Shown in pieces: positions 25,281 through 38,345 of a stretch of DNA of 64,000 bases. Location: NCBI RefSeq assembly GCF_006345805.1, contig NC_043000.1:9424001-9488000 (forward strand), written 5' to 3'. The position numbers were made by a program, and so were the translations under genes. Position 1 is the first letter of the stretch; every line of letters starts with the position of its first letter. The stretch is from Octopus sinensis (Eukaryota). The notes beneath the pieces were generated by a model. The model was not told where the DNA came from. It saw only the letters and a program-made list of their open reading frames with translations, and did no database searches.

Positions 25281-26392
25281 TTCACAAATATATATATATG
25301 CGCATATACATACAAACATGCATGTATATAAATATACATACTTACATACATACATACATACATACATGCATACTTGCATGCATGCATGCATACATATGAT
25401 GGCCTACTTTCAGTTTCCATCAACTGAATCCGCTAATAAAGTTATGTTTGACTCCTTGCTGTAGTAGAAGAAGCTCGCCCAAGGTGCCACACAGTAGGAC
25501 TGAACCTGAAACTATGTGACTGAGTAGCTAATAAAATCTGTATACAAACAAAAGGTAAGGCTATTATCAGAAGAATGCTAAATATCTGATCCAGTGAGCT
25601 ATCATTTCTGTTCAATAAATCCAAATATTCAGCTATTTCTATTAAACCAAAAGCCATATGAAGCAATGACCCCCGACAGAGATCAAAACCACTGCATTAT
25701 CTGTGAGTGGTTCTAACATGGCTGTTTTACTTGTTGTGGCTCTCCAGGCCAAAGCTGTTTGATTTATATTTCTATGCTTCCATATCGACTGACTGGTTTT
25801 ATGAGATGAGATAAGAACCTTGCCAAAGTGTTGATGTTGTTGTTGTTGCCGTTAGAGATCATTGAGTGATATAGCATCATAAATAGCAATCAATTTGTTG
25901 ATGGTAAGTTATTAGTTTCAGCTGCCAGATTTGATATAGATTTTTAACTATTTACTTCAAAAAATTGTTTGCTGTATTTAAAATTTCAAAACAAACTGTG
26001 AATTCTATAGCCTAAAGCTGGCTGCTACCATTATAGCTTTTCTCTGGTTGTGTCATAGAAAAACTGATTCTCTTATAAATATTGGCTTTGGAAAAGGGCA
26101 CAATTTATTGACATCCCTCTGTTCTTTGTCTACTCCAGACATTTAGGAACATTTGGATTCTTTTTTATTTTCATAGTCAGAGAGAAGGGCAGCACTTGTG
26201 ACTTTCATTTTTGCAGGGCACAAGACACTTGATATAGAGAAGGAGGAAGTTGTCCTCCAACTGGAAACCTGACCTGAATGTTTTTAACATGAGTGAGCCC
26301 TGCCATAAATGTACCTAAGAACGAGATGCCAGGGTAAAATTAGGCAGTGGATTAATCCTTTAGCATTCAGATTAGTCAGCCAAATGCAAAAA

Positions 26393-26737
26393 GTAAAGGG
26401 TAAAGACCACCTTTGCTCATGAATAACCATGGGATTGCACCTAGAAAGTTACCTCTGAGACACAAGTCCAGGCAAGGTTGTTTTTATGGAAGACCAGCAG
26501 TCACCCATGCATATCAGCCTCCCCTCTTCATACCACTGATGTTATCCAAAGAAAGGCAAAAGCCAATACAGCTTGGCACCAGTGACGCCGCATCTCATTT
26601 CTATAGGTGAGTGAACTGGAGCATCATGAAATAAAGTGTCTTGCTCAAGAGCACAACACACAGCCCAGTCCAGGAATCGAACTTACTACTTCATGATTAT
26701 GGGCTTAATGCTCTAAATACTGGGCCATGTGCCTTCA
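26393..26737 (-). mobile_element. CORE-like SINE, family B variant, near full length
   Basis: Same body as 5114-5367 plus a tRNA-like head (minus strand GTTCGATTCC). Confidence 0.7.
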
Positions 26738-27395
26738 TAATCAATTGCCGTAATTGTTACCCTATAACAGGCTTGTTATTTACTGTACCAGAGCTATTAT
26801 TAGAATTTCCCCAGAAATAATCACAGGTCAGATTTGTCAAGACAAGCCAACCAGCAAGAGACATTGAAGTCAACCAAAAATGGAATGGTTGTATAATATC
26901 CATAGTCTCAGTCGGTTATACTTGCGAATCCAGCTGGAATGTGTGAATTGACAGTTGCTTCTGATAGTACCTTGTGGAGGAAGTACCTGAAGTGTCTATC
27001 TCCATGACCCTCCCAGTAACAGGGGTGGGGGAGAAAATGGATGGATGGTTATTTACTGTGCATCTAATAGGATGCTGGATGACAGAATTGTAAAGAACAC
27101 CTGAAAAAATACCTTAAAGTACTTAAATATAACACTATATTCTCTAAGATGAAATCCAGCTAAGGTTGATGTTAGCCTTTCATCTTTCCAATGTTTATAC
27201 AATATATACTAGCACAGTACTAAATCAATGTATAGTTGATTTAAAGTATAATATTAAATCAAAGTATAGTTGATTTAATCAACTGTTTGCATTCCATTAG
27301 CATGTACTTAATTGATTTCTAAGGCTAGTTAGTGTTAATGCTAGAAGCAACAGCAATCCTTTTGTTTACTTTGATAAACAATATGAACAAGGCAT

Positions 27396-27551
27396 AGGAG
27401 TGGCTGTGTGGTAAGTAGCTTGCTTACGAACCACATGGTTCCGGGTTCAGTCCCACTGTGTGGCACCTTGGGCAACTGTCTTCTACTATAGTCTTGGGCC
27501 GACCAAAGCCTTGTGAGTGGATTTGGTAAACAGAAACTGAAAGAAGCCCGT
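27396..27551 (+). mobile_element. SINE family A head, truncated
   Basis: AGGAGTGGCTGTGTGGTAAGTAGCTTGC..GAAAGAAGCCCG. Confidence 0.78.
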
Positions 27552-28012
27552 TTGGCCAAGCATGACCTTTCTTTCTTGGTTCAGCTACCATCCGTGTTGC
27601 ATCCCTTATATTTCTTCCCATGGCTTTCATCTTCTATGTTCCTGCTGTAAGGCTTTCACTTCCACACACACCAACTTGATTTAAATCGTCCTTAGTTGAA
27701 AGACACCTGTTGTTTGTATTTCTAATTGTGTACCATTTCTCTGGGGGTTTTTTGTCCTTGTTTTCATATACAGTTGCTTGCTTTCTTCCAAAGAATCTAG
27801 TGCTCTTAGCTTAGCTTTTCTTGGGGCCAGCCAGGTTAGTGCCATCTCAAGTGTAACCGGCTGAAACTGCAAAGATGATCTGGAACGCGACTGAAGATTA
27901 AAAACTCCAAAGGACCCGTCATTGTTTTTTCCTGTCCTTTTTTGTATTGTCTGACTGTCTAAATGTTTTTGGTTGCCTGTTATGTTCTTGTTCCATTTTT
28001 TATTTTGTTTAT

Positions 28013-28178
28013 ATGAGTGGCTGTGTGGTAAGTACCTTGCTTACCAACCACATGGTTCCGGGTCCATTCCCACTGCGTGGCACCTTGGGTAAATGTCTTC
28101 TACTATAGCCTCGAGCCAACCTAAGCCTTCTGAGTGGATTTGGTAGACGGAAACTGAAAGAAGCCTGTTGTATATATG

Positions 28179-28211
<33 letters not shown>

Positions 28212-28436
28212 ATGTTTGTGTGTGTGTATGTTTGTGTGTCTGTGTTTGTCCCCCCAATATTGCTTGACAACCGATGCTGGTGTGCTTACGTCCCCGTAAC
28301 TTAGCGGTTTGGCAAAAGAGACTGATAGAATAAGTACTAGGCTTACAAAGAATAAGTCCTGGGGTCGATTTGTTCGACCAAGGCGGTGCTCCAGCATGGC
28401 CACAGTAAAATGACTGAAACAAGTAAAAGAATAATA

Positions 28437-28440
<4 letters not shown>
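28013..28440 (+). mobile_element. Full-length SINE family A
   Basis: Matches 6681-7107 from head to tail. Confidence 0.85.
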
Positions 28441-28479
<39 letters not shown>

Positions 28480-28718
28480 ACTTTATAGTTATTTCTGAGT
28501 ATGCATTGTCTGGGACTTTTTCTTGCAGTTGAAGAAATAGCCAAATATTGGCTGCTATTTCTAAAAAGCTCGGTGTGTGGTAAAGTGAATTATTTTACTT
28601 TACCCTATTTTATAAAGTAATATTTCAAATATACCGTAAATGGTCGTTTTACATACCGAACACTGCTCGGTCGAATTAATTAATAATTAATTAATTCTAC
28701 CTACCCTTTTTTATTGAC

Positions 28719-28776
<58 letters not shown>

Positions 28777-28884
28777 GTATGTATATATGTATGTATATAT
28801 ATATGTATGTATATATATGTATATATATTATTTATATATATATGTATATACATATGTATATTATATGTATATATATATGTATTA

Positions 28885-28938
<54 letters not shown>

Positions 28939-28942
<4 letters not shown>

Positions 28943-29393
28943 TCATCATCATCATCATCGTCGTTTAACGTCCGTTCTCCATGCTAGCATGGGTTGGACG
29001 GTTCGACCGGGGTTTCTGGGAAACAAGAAGGCTGCACCAGGCTCCAGTCTAATTTGGCAATGTTTCTACAGCTGGATGCCCTTCCTAACGCAACCACTCC
29101 GTGAGTGTAGTGGGTGCTTTTTACGTGCCACCTGCACAGGTGCCAGGCGGGGCTGGCAACGGCCACGGTCAGATTGGTGTATTTTGTGCCACCGGCACGG
29201 AAGCCAGTCGAGGCGGTGCTGGCATCGGCCACGAGTCGGATAGTGCTTTTACGTACCACCAGACCAGGGATCCTGGCTGGTTCAATTCGATTTCGATTTC
29301 GATTTCGCTCCCAACATGTCTTCACAAGCAAAGGGGGTTGGCAAGGGTGCCTGTCGTACGGTCGCATTGGAGTTTTTACGTGCCACGGCCACG
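28939..29393 (-). mobile_element. RTE 3' UTR fragment
   Basis: Reverse complement of ~1160-1581; flanked by (TA)n. Confidence 0.85.
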
Positions 29394-29442
29394 ATTATAT
29401 ATATATGTATATACATATGTATATATATATGTATATATATAT

Positions 29443-29495
<53 letters not shown>

Positions 29496-29506
29496 TATAT
29501 AGAAGG

Positions 29507-29556
29507 AGCTTCTACAGGACTAGTACTGTTTCATTCAGGAGAATCTTCAGGAAGCT
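29507..29556 (-). ncRNA. Type I hammerhead ribozyme motif at the left end of the palindrome
   Basis: Minus strand AGCTTC-CTGAAGA-TTCTCCTGAAT-GAAA-CAG tactagtc CTG-TA-GAAGCT. Confidence 0.72.
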
Positions 29557-29901
29557 ATTTAACAAGAATTGTATTAGCATTTATACATTTAGGCAGGTTT
29601 AAAGAGTGGTGGTGGGGGACTTTTTGGGGGTAGGCATAGCGCAAAATATCATACTTGGGGGAGTGGTCAAGGAGTCAGTGGTAAGTTAGGTGAAAGAAAG
29701 ATAAATAAAAAAAAAAAAATAAAAAATAAAAAATAGAAAAATAAAAAAAATATATATAAAAAAATTAAAAAAATAAAAAAAATAAAATGTGTGCACATAC
29801 ATACATAACACATATACATACACACACACATACGTACACATGTGTGCCTATACATACCTACACATACACACATACACATACATATATATATATATATATA
29901 T

Positions 29902-29933
<32 letters not shown>

Positions 29934-30440
29934 CTATATATATTATATATATATACACAATCCAATACAGGCCCATTCCCTAATTTTAATTTTATTATCT
30001 TCATTTATTACTTTTGTTATCTTTGATCGCTAGAGCTAAGGATCCTGGCGATGGCAGCATGTCCAAATTGTCTGTCTACTAGAAGGCAAGTACTCGTTCC
30101 CGCACGCACACTCATTAGCACGTACATACACCCTTCGTACACTCATACACATACACGTACGCACGCGTTATATTCATACATACCAACATCTACATACGTT
30201 CACGTATATACACATACGTACTCGTACCTACAGATTCATGTCTACACTTTAGGAGGCTAGTCTATATATATACCCATAAATACATATATATTAATATATA
30301 TACATATATATATATACACATATACACATACACACACACACACACATATATATACTCCTACATACAGATACATACCTATATATATATATATATATATACC
30401 CACACATACATGTACACATGATTATATATACATACATATA

Positions 30441-30473
<33 letters not shown>

Positions 30474-30697
30474 CATACATACATACACACACACCCATAT
30501 AATACACACACATATACACATATATATACATACACAAACATATATACCACATATATATATATATACATATATACACACATACATACACACACCTACATAC
30601 ATGTACCACAAACACATACATACGTAACATACATACATACATCCATACATCCATACTTACATGCACTTATACGCATACACACACCCCCATCTATAGA

Positions 30698-30745
<48 letters not shown>

Positions 30746-30825
30746 AACTCACACATACATATACAAATATACGCCCACACATACATACGTGTGGGCGTAT
30801 ATTTGTATATGTATGTGTGAGTGTG

Positions 30826-30891
<66 letters not shown>

Positions 30892-31136
30892 TCACAAGAG
30901 TATATATATATATATAGATGGGGGTGTGTGTATGCGTATAAGTGCATGTAAGTATGGATGTATGGATGTATGTATGTATGTTTACGTATGTATGTGTTTG
31001 TGTGTACATGTATGTAGGTGTGTGTATGTATGTGTTATATATGTATATATATATATATGTGTGTATATATGTTTGTGTGGTATATTATGTGTATGTATGT
31101 GTGTGTATATATGGTGTGTGTGTGTATGTATGTATG

Positions 31137-31174
<38 letters not shown>

Positions 31175-31297
31175 TTATGGTATATATATATATATGTGTA
31201 CATGTATGTGTGGTATATATATATATATATATATAAGGTATGTATCTGTATGTAGGAGTATATATATGTGTGTGTGTGTGTGTATATGTATATGTGT

Positions 31298-31329
<32 letters not shown>

Positions 31330-31656
31330 TGTATATTTATTGGTGTATATATATAGACTAGCCTCCTAAAGTGTAGACATGAATCTGTAGGTACGAGTAC
31401 ATATGTGTATATACGTGAACGTATGTAGATGTTTGTATGTATGAATATAACGCGTGCGTACGTGTATGTGTATGAGTGTACGAATGGGTGTATGTACGTG
31501 CTAATGAGTGTGCGTGCGGGAACGAGTACTTGCCTTCTAGTAACAGACAATTTGGACATGCTGCCATCGCCAGGATCCTTAGCTCTAGCGATCAAAGATA
31601 ACAAAGTAATAAATGAAGATAATAAAATTAAAATTAGGAATGGGCCTGTATTGGAT

Positions 31657-31746
<90 letters not shown>

Positions 31747-32071
31747 TATGTATGTGTATGTGTGTATGTGTAGGTATGTATAGGCACACAGTGTACGTAT
31801 GTGTGTGTGTATGTATATGTGTTTATGTATGTATGTGCACACATTTTATTTTTTTTATTTTTTTTATTTTTTTATATATATTTTTTTTATTTTTCTATTT
31901 TTATTTTTTTTTTTTTTTTTATTTATCTATTCTTTCACCTAACTTACCACTGACTCCTTGACCACTCCCCCAAGTATGATATTTTGCGCTATGCCTACCC
32001 CCAAAAAAGTCCCCACCACCACTCTTTAAACCTGCCTAAATGTATAAATGCTAATACAATTCTTGTTAAAT

Positions 32072-32122
32072 AGCTTCCTGAAGATTTCTCCTGAATGAAA
32101 CAGTACTAGTCCTGTAGAAGCT
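32072..32122 (+). ncRNA. Type I hammerhead ribozyme motif at the right end of the palindrome
   Basis: Stem I AGCTTC/GAAGCT; CTGAAGA; stem II TTC/GAA; GAAA; stem III ACAG/CTGT with ACTAGT palindrome in the loop; GUA triplet. Confidence 0.78.
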
Positions 32123-32208
32123 CCTTCTATATAATAAATTAATTTTACTCTGCTATGTATTGAGTACCTTACTTACTGTGGTTAACCCCGGATCAACCCG
32201 GGACCTAC

Positions 32209-32246
<38 letters not shown>

Positions 32247-32951
32247 ATTGTTGGCGATTTTTTTCCTCTGTCTTCCTTTTCTCTTAGACTTTCCGCCATC
32301 TCCTGTCTCTGATGAAGAGCTTTGTTCAAGAGTGAAACTACCTTTCTTTTCTTCCCTGAGCATCCTGCTAATACTTTGCATGTACCACATCCTCATGTTG
32401 TTTTTTCTTGTTGTGTTTTTCTTTTTTTTTTTTATATTTATTATACAACACACATACCTACATACATTCACACACACACACATATACACATATGTGATGG
32501 ACTTCCATGCAGTTTCTGCTGCCTACCAATTCACTCACAAGTCATTGGTCAGCCCAGACTATAGAGAAGACACTTGCCCAAATTGCTGCACTGTGGGACT
32601 GAACCCAAAACCATGTGACATAATTGATTTCAAACTTATTTCATAGAATTTTTTAATGACATGACAAATTGTCTACACTTATTATCTTGTCTTAGTAGGA
32701 CTTGGTGGGAGAAGGTTGGCAGGTGTAATTAGCAAAATGAACTAATTACACTTGAACTTCTTAATTACCGTAACAATTCATTAATTGGATAAACATACTA
32801 ATTGATAGTGTATTTGTATTGTTGATGCATAAATAAAAAAAAATTAATAAAAATCAAAAGTATAAATTAAAAATATGCTTAATTATCAGTTATTCAGTTA
32901 GGTGCGTTATACGTATATGTATGTGTGTGTGTATATATATATATATATATT

Positions 32952-34706
32952 ATCATCATCATCATCATCATCATCGTTTAACGTCCGCTTTCATGCTAGC
33001 ATGGGTTGGACGGTTCAACTGGGGTCTGGCAAGCCCGAAGGCTGCACAGGCAGTCAGATCTGCAGTGTTTCTACAGCTTGATGCCCTTCCTAACGCCACC
33101 CACTCCGAGAGTGTAGTGGGTGATTTTATGTGCTACCGACACAGTGCCAGACGAGGCTGGCAGACGGCCACGCTCGATGGTGTTTTTATGTGCCAACCGA
33201 CACAGGTGCAGAGGAGGCTGGCTGACGGCCACGCTCGGATGGTGTTTTCTTATGTGTCACCGACACAGGTGCCAGACGGCCACGCTCGGATGGTGTTTGT
33301 TACATGCCCTTAGCACGGAGGCCAGTCGTTGCGGTACTGGCTACGGTCACGTTCGGATGGTTTTCTTATGTGCCACCGGCACTGGTACCACAAGGATACA
33401 AATTCCATTGATGTTCATCTATTTTGATTTGGTTCGATTTGATTTGATTTGATTTGATTCTCACTTGCCTCAACAGGTCTTCACAAGTGTCACAAGAAGG
33501 AAGGTATGCACAGGTGGACTGACTACATCCCAGGTAGGGGCCACGGATTATGGCTTCACTAGTCTTGCCGGGTCTTCTCACGCACAGCATACTTCCATAG
33601 GTCTCGGTCTCTAGTCATTTCCATGGTGAGACCTAACGTCCGAAGGTCGTGCTTCACCACCTCGTCCCAGATTTTCCCGGGTCTACCTCTTCCACGGGTT
33701 CCCTCAACTGCTAGGGATTGGCACTTTCTCACACACCTATCTTCATCCATTCTCGCCACATGACCATACCAGCGCAATCGTCTCTCTTGCACACCACAAC
33801 TGATGCTTCTTAGGTACAACATTTCTCTCAAGGTACTAACGCTCTGTCGAGTAAGTACACTGACATTACACATCCATCGGAGCATACTGGCTTCGTTCCT
33901 CACGAGCTTACGCATGTCCTCAGCAGTCACGGCCCATGTTTCACTGCCATGTAGCATAGCTGTTCGTACACATGCATCATACAGTCTGCCTTTTACTCTG
34001 AGCGAGAGGCCTTTAGTCACCAGCAGAGGTAAGAGCTCCCTAAACTTTGCCCAGGCTATTCTTATTCTAGCAGTTACACTTTCAGCGCACCCACCCCCAC
34101 TACTGACTTGGTCACCTAGATAGCGGAAGCTATCAACTACTTCTAGTTTTTCCCCCGGAAAGTGACGGAAGTTGTTTTCTGCAGATTTTCAGAGGTCAAT
34201 GCTCCAGAGCATCTGCCACATACAAAAACTATCTTCCCAGTTAGCCTACCTTTGACATTGCTGCACCTCTTATGTGTCCATAGCTTACACTGGGTACATC
34301 TTATAGAGTTTCTACCTACACCTTTTCTACAGATCGAGCAGGGCCATCTTCCTGAGGATATTTGTGGATTGTCTACCTTTCTACTTATTAGTACTTTGGT
34401 TTTAGCTAGGTTGACTCTAAGGCCCCTCGATTCTAAACCCTCCTTCCACACCTGGAACTTCTCCTCCAGTTCTGATAGTGACTCAGCAATTAGAGCGAGG
34501 TCGTCAGCATAGAGGAGCTCCCAGGGGCAACCTGTCTTGAATTCCTCCACAATTGCCTGGAGGACTATGATAAATAGGAGGGGGCTGAGTACTGAACCCT
34601 GGTGGACCCCAACCTCTACTTTGAATTCTTCTGTGTACATGTTGCCAACTCTAACCTTACTTACGGCATCTCTGTACATGGCTTGCACAGCCCTCACCAG
34701 CCATTC
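32952..34706 (-). mobile_element. RTE-clade LINE, 5'-truncated (RT coding 33559-34706, one frameshift near 34150)
   Basis: VGVHQGSVLSPLLFIIV..LYADDLAL..KTKV, Cys-rich insert, RRLRWYGHV; 3' UTR with ~60 bp units and (GAT)n tail. Confidence 0.92.
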
Positions 34707-34726
34707 ATATATATATATATATATAT

Positions 34727-35628
34727 ACAGAGTGTGGGTGAATATATTGTTGTCTACATTACGCAAAATGTAAATAACACTGACATCTCGATTTAACAGA
34801 TACATTTACCAAAATTACATGAAAATATTTTGAATTACTAAAGTGTAAATTTATTCAATAAAATCACCATTGACTTCAACAAGAGCCTCCAGATGACCTC
34901 AAAGTCTCCTGCAACTATTCTGGACAGTCTCCTTGTTTAAGTTGGTGAATGCTGCCATAATCCTTACCTTCTGTTCATCTTTGGTGTTAGAAGAGGTTTT
35001 ATTGGTCTCTTGCTCAACTGTACCCCACACATAATAATGAAAGGAGTTGTAGTCTGTGGAGTTAGGTGGCCAGATGTTAGGGATGATGTGGTCACAGAAA
35101 TTGTCTGACAGCCATGACTGGATTCTCCTGCTTGAGTGGCATGGTGCAGAGTCCTGTTGCTAGACATAGGGTGTTCCAGCAGCCATCCTCTTGGTCCAGG
35201 GCAGCACTACCTCCTCCATGCACTTGATGTAAGTCTCCATGTTGAGTCTGTGGTCATGTGGGAAGATCAATGGAGGCATAACATCGCCATCACTAGTGAT
35301 CACTCCAAACCCCATGATGTTGACTGGATGTTTCATTTTTATCACTCTCAGTACATCTTTTGGGTACACAGCATACACAGCCTCTTTTGAGTACACAGTT
35401 GTTCTGTATGTTCACCATCTTTTTGTATTGGAACTTCCAGCGTGAATGCCAAGCAGTACAGCATGTTGTTTCCAAATTTCTGGCAAAGTGAATTGCATCA
35501 TGGTGCTGTTTTTCACACAGACAGTGCCCAACTGAACCTACTATACTGGGTAGTCAACAAAATCAAAAATAAACAATGCGCATGCACAACGTAACAAATA
35601 TAAAATGGCAACAATTTACTCATTGCAT
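34727..35628 (-). mobile_element. Degenerate Tc1/mariner (maT/DD37D-like) transposon
   Basis: KHPVNIMGFGVITSDGDVMPPLIF..VLPW..QQDSAPCH-like remnants; imperfect terminal inverted ends (GGGTGAATATATTGTTG/CAACAATTTACTCA). Confidence 0.72.
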
Positions 35629-35721
35629 TTATATGTATAATAAGCATATATTATATGCATATATAAACACACACACTCACATATATTAGTGACAGTTGCT
35701 TACAACTGAGTGTCTAAATAT

Positions 35722-35975
35722 CATCATTGTTATCTTAGCATCCACTTTCCAATGTTCACATGGGTGAAATGGGATTTGTTGGGCAGATTTTCTATGACCA
35801 GATGCACTTCCTGTCACCAAACCTCACCTGTTTCCAAGTAAGGTAATCTTTTGCTATGACCAGACATGTTTTATGGAAGATTGTGAATGAAGGACCTCCT
35901 TTCATAATGGTGGCACTCATTTACAATTATCACAAGATATGAAGGCAAGGAGACAGCAACACAGACATGCACACA
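35722..35975 (-). mobile_element. SINE-like repeat with RTE-related 3' tail
   Basis: CAGATGCACTTCCTGTCACCAA..CCTGTTTCCAAGTAAGGTAAT; related copy at ~39000-39215. Tail resembles the RTE GGATGCCCTTCCT..CCAAC. Confidence 0.5.
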
Positions 35976-36003
35976 CAGACACACACACGTATATCTGTAC
36001 ATA

Positions 36004-36555
36004 CAGGGTTATTCAAAAAGAATGAACTGATTTGATTACGCAATATTTTAATAAGGAAAAGCAGTAGAAAACTCCAGCTAAGTCACAAGTATTTACTACC
36101 AATCAACTTTTATTTCCTGTCTTACAATTGTTCGATGTGGCCACCGCCTGCAGCATGGACAACATCAATACAATAAAAGAATTCCTCCCAGACACGTGTC
36201 AGCATATCACGATCCACTGACTTCATCGCTGTTGTGTGATTTTTGTTCTTGTGGGGATATGTAAAATATCATGTTTATGTTCAACCACTACTCACTAACC
36301 CCAATGACCTTAAACATTGAATAACAGCAGTGATCAACTCAGTGGATTGGGATCTGGTGATACGCATCTGGGAGGAATTCTCTTATCGCATTGATGTTGC
36401 CTGTGCTGCAGGTGGTGACCACATTGAACACTTGTAAGACAGAAAATAAAAGGTGATTGTGAGTAAATACTTGTGACTTAGCTGGAGTTTTCTATTGCTT
36501 TTCCTTATTAAAATATTGTGTAATGAAATCACTTCATTCTTTTTGAATAACCCTG
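36004..36555. mobile_element. Tc1/mariner-derived foldback MITE made of two inverted 3' ends
   Basis: TA|CAGGGTTATTCAAAAAGAATGAA..TTCATTCTTTTTGAATAACCCTG|TA; ~225 bp arms; plus strand encodes LWGYVK..VY..DLKH..WEEFSYRIDVACAAGGDHIEHL. Confidence 0.85.
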
Positions 36556-37297
36556 TAAATATATATATGTATGTATACCTATACATAACTATACACACAC
36601 ACACATGTATAACTATATTTTAAAATATATGGGCTGATTACAGAGTGCTCATAGAGAGCCAAGGCAAAAAAATATAGAGTAGAGAAAATTAAAAATACAA
36701 AGTTTAGGCAGTCAAACAGATTTCCGAATGCTTAAATGAAATCATTCAACCAAATTAGTTGAAGCATATATATTTATTCACATCAGCATAAATCATGCAT
36801 GTACAAGGCATAAAGATTCTCCAATGGTTTAAAGAATATAAAACCAAACATACAGAAAGATATAGAAGATATATAAAAATATAAAATTACCTATAACTAA
36901 AAAATTACATGTAATGAGTTATGTGTGATAAATCTGGAAGATGCAAAATGAATGAAAGATTGGTAAATATAGGAATAAAAACATCAATTTTAAGAAGACA
37001 AACTGCCTAAATCTTCTAAAAGTCACTTATACAAATAAATTATAAGATAGAAATTACAAGATAAAAGATGTTCGAGGTCAAAATTCTAAAACAAGTGAGG
37101 GCTAAATTTCAAGGTTAAAATAGAGAAATAAAAAGGATCCAAAATTGTATGTATGTATGTATGTATGTATGTAGATATGTATGTAGATATGTACATACGT
37201 ATGTATGCATGCATGCATATATGCATGTATGTATGTATGTGTGTATGTGTATATATATTTAGAAACTTTCTGCAGTGAAGAAACACTTTACTCAAAT

Positions 37298-37376
37298 GGC
37301 TCTGAGGAGGCTATAAGATGTTGCACTGGCATTCAACTCTGGGTGCAGTGACATATGGTAGAAACAGCTGTAAGCT
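37298..37376 (+). ncRNA. Type I hammerhead ribozyme motif with long stem II
   Basis: GGCT-CTGAGGA-(GCTATA..TGCAC/GTGCA..TATGGT)-GAAA-CAGCTG-TA-AGCT. A degenerate relative lies at 4321-4400. Confidence 0.68.
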
Positions 37377-37951
37377 CTCTCTCTCTATATATATATATAT
37401 ATAACAATTTCCTTGCAGTTTTCATCAATTTAATCCACTTACAAGGCTTTGATTGGCCTGAGGCTATAGTGACCAAGGTGTCATGCAGAGGGACAGCAAT
37501 TAGTTTCTGATTACCAGGTCAGTTTATAATACACAAAATGAAACATCTAATCGATGTGGCAATGTTTACCTGTAATTACCTGTTAATTAGAGGTTGTTAT
37601 ATTCTAAAATGACTAGTGTAGAACAGGTTTAAAATAGCTCACCAGGTTGAAGGCTGATCACCAGTAACAACAATGAGCTAATGAAGTAGCTACAATGTAG
37701 TCAATTTTGAACCCATTTGTATTCAGATTTCTCTGCCAAATGTAATGTGTTTATTCACATTGACTTGAATTAGTCATGCATTAGCTTTGAGATTTCAGTG
37801 ATGTGATTGTTTATTTTTTAGAATAATAATGTGGGGTAAGTGTGATCGGCCAGATCTGGCAAGTTTGAAGATAAAACAGGTAGATTATTTTGGATATGGT
37901 CAGTTAAATGCTAATGGGTTAAGTTACTAGAAATAATGGCACCTTAAAAAT

Positions 37952-38345
37952 CCCTTCTATTGTAGGCACAAGGCCTGAAATTTTGGGGGAAGGGGCCAGT
38001 CGATTAAATTGACCCCAGTACGCAGCTGGTACTTAATTAATCAACCCCGAAAGGATAAAAGGCAAAGTCGACCTCGGTGGAATTTGAACTCAGAACCTAA
38101 AGACAGACGAAATACCTATTTCTTTACTACCCACAAGGGGCTAAACACAGAGAAGACAAACAAGGACAAACGGATTAAGTCAATTATATCGACCCCAGTG
38201 CGTAACTGGTACTTATCTAATCGACCCTGAAAAGATGAAAGGCAAAGTCGACCTCAGCGGAATTTGAACTCAGAATGTAAAGACAGATGAAATACTGCTA
38301 AGCATTTCAGCCAGCATGCTAACGATTCTGCCAGCTCGCCACCTT
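37952..38345 (-). mobile_element. Two adjacent SINE family C units
   Basis: AAAGGCAAAGTCGACCTC..GAATTTGAACTCAGAA occurs at ~38058 and ~38238. Confidence 0.75.

Larger units (their letters stand above)
29490..32139. repeat. ~2.65 kb near-perfect palindrome with 8-nt spacer (30781-30788)
   Basis: Unique blocks mirror each other (29490-29705/31920-32139; 29955-30262/31352-31660). Centre reads CAAATATACGCCCACAC-atacatac-GTGTGGGCGTATATTTG. Confidence 0.93.
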
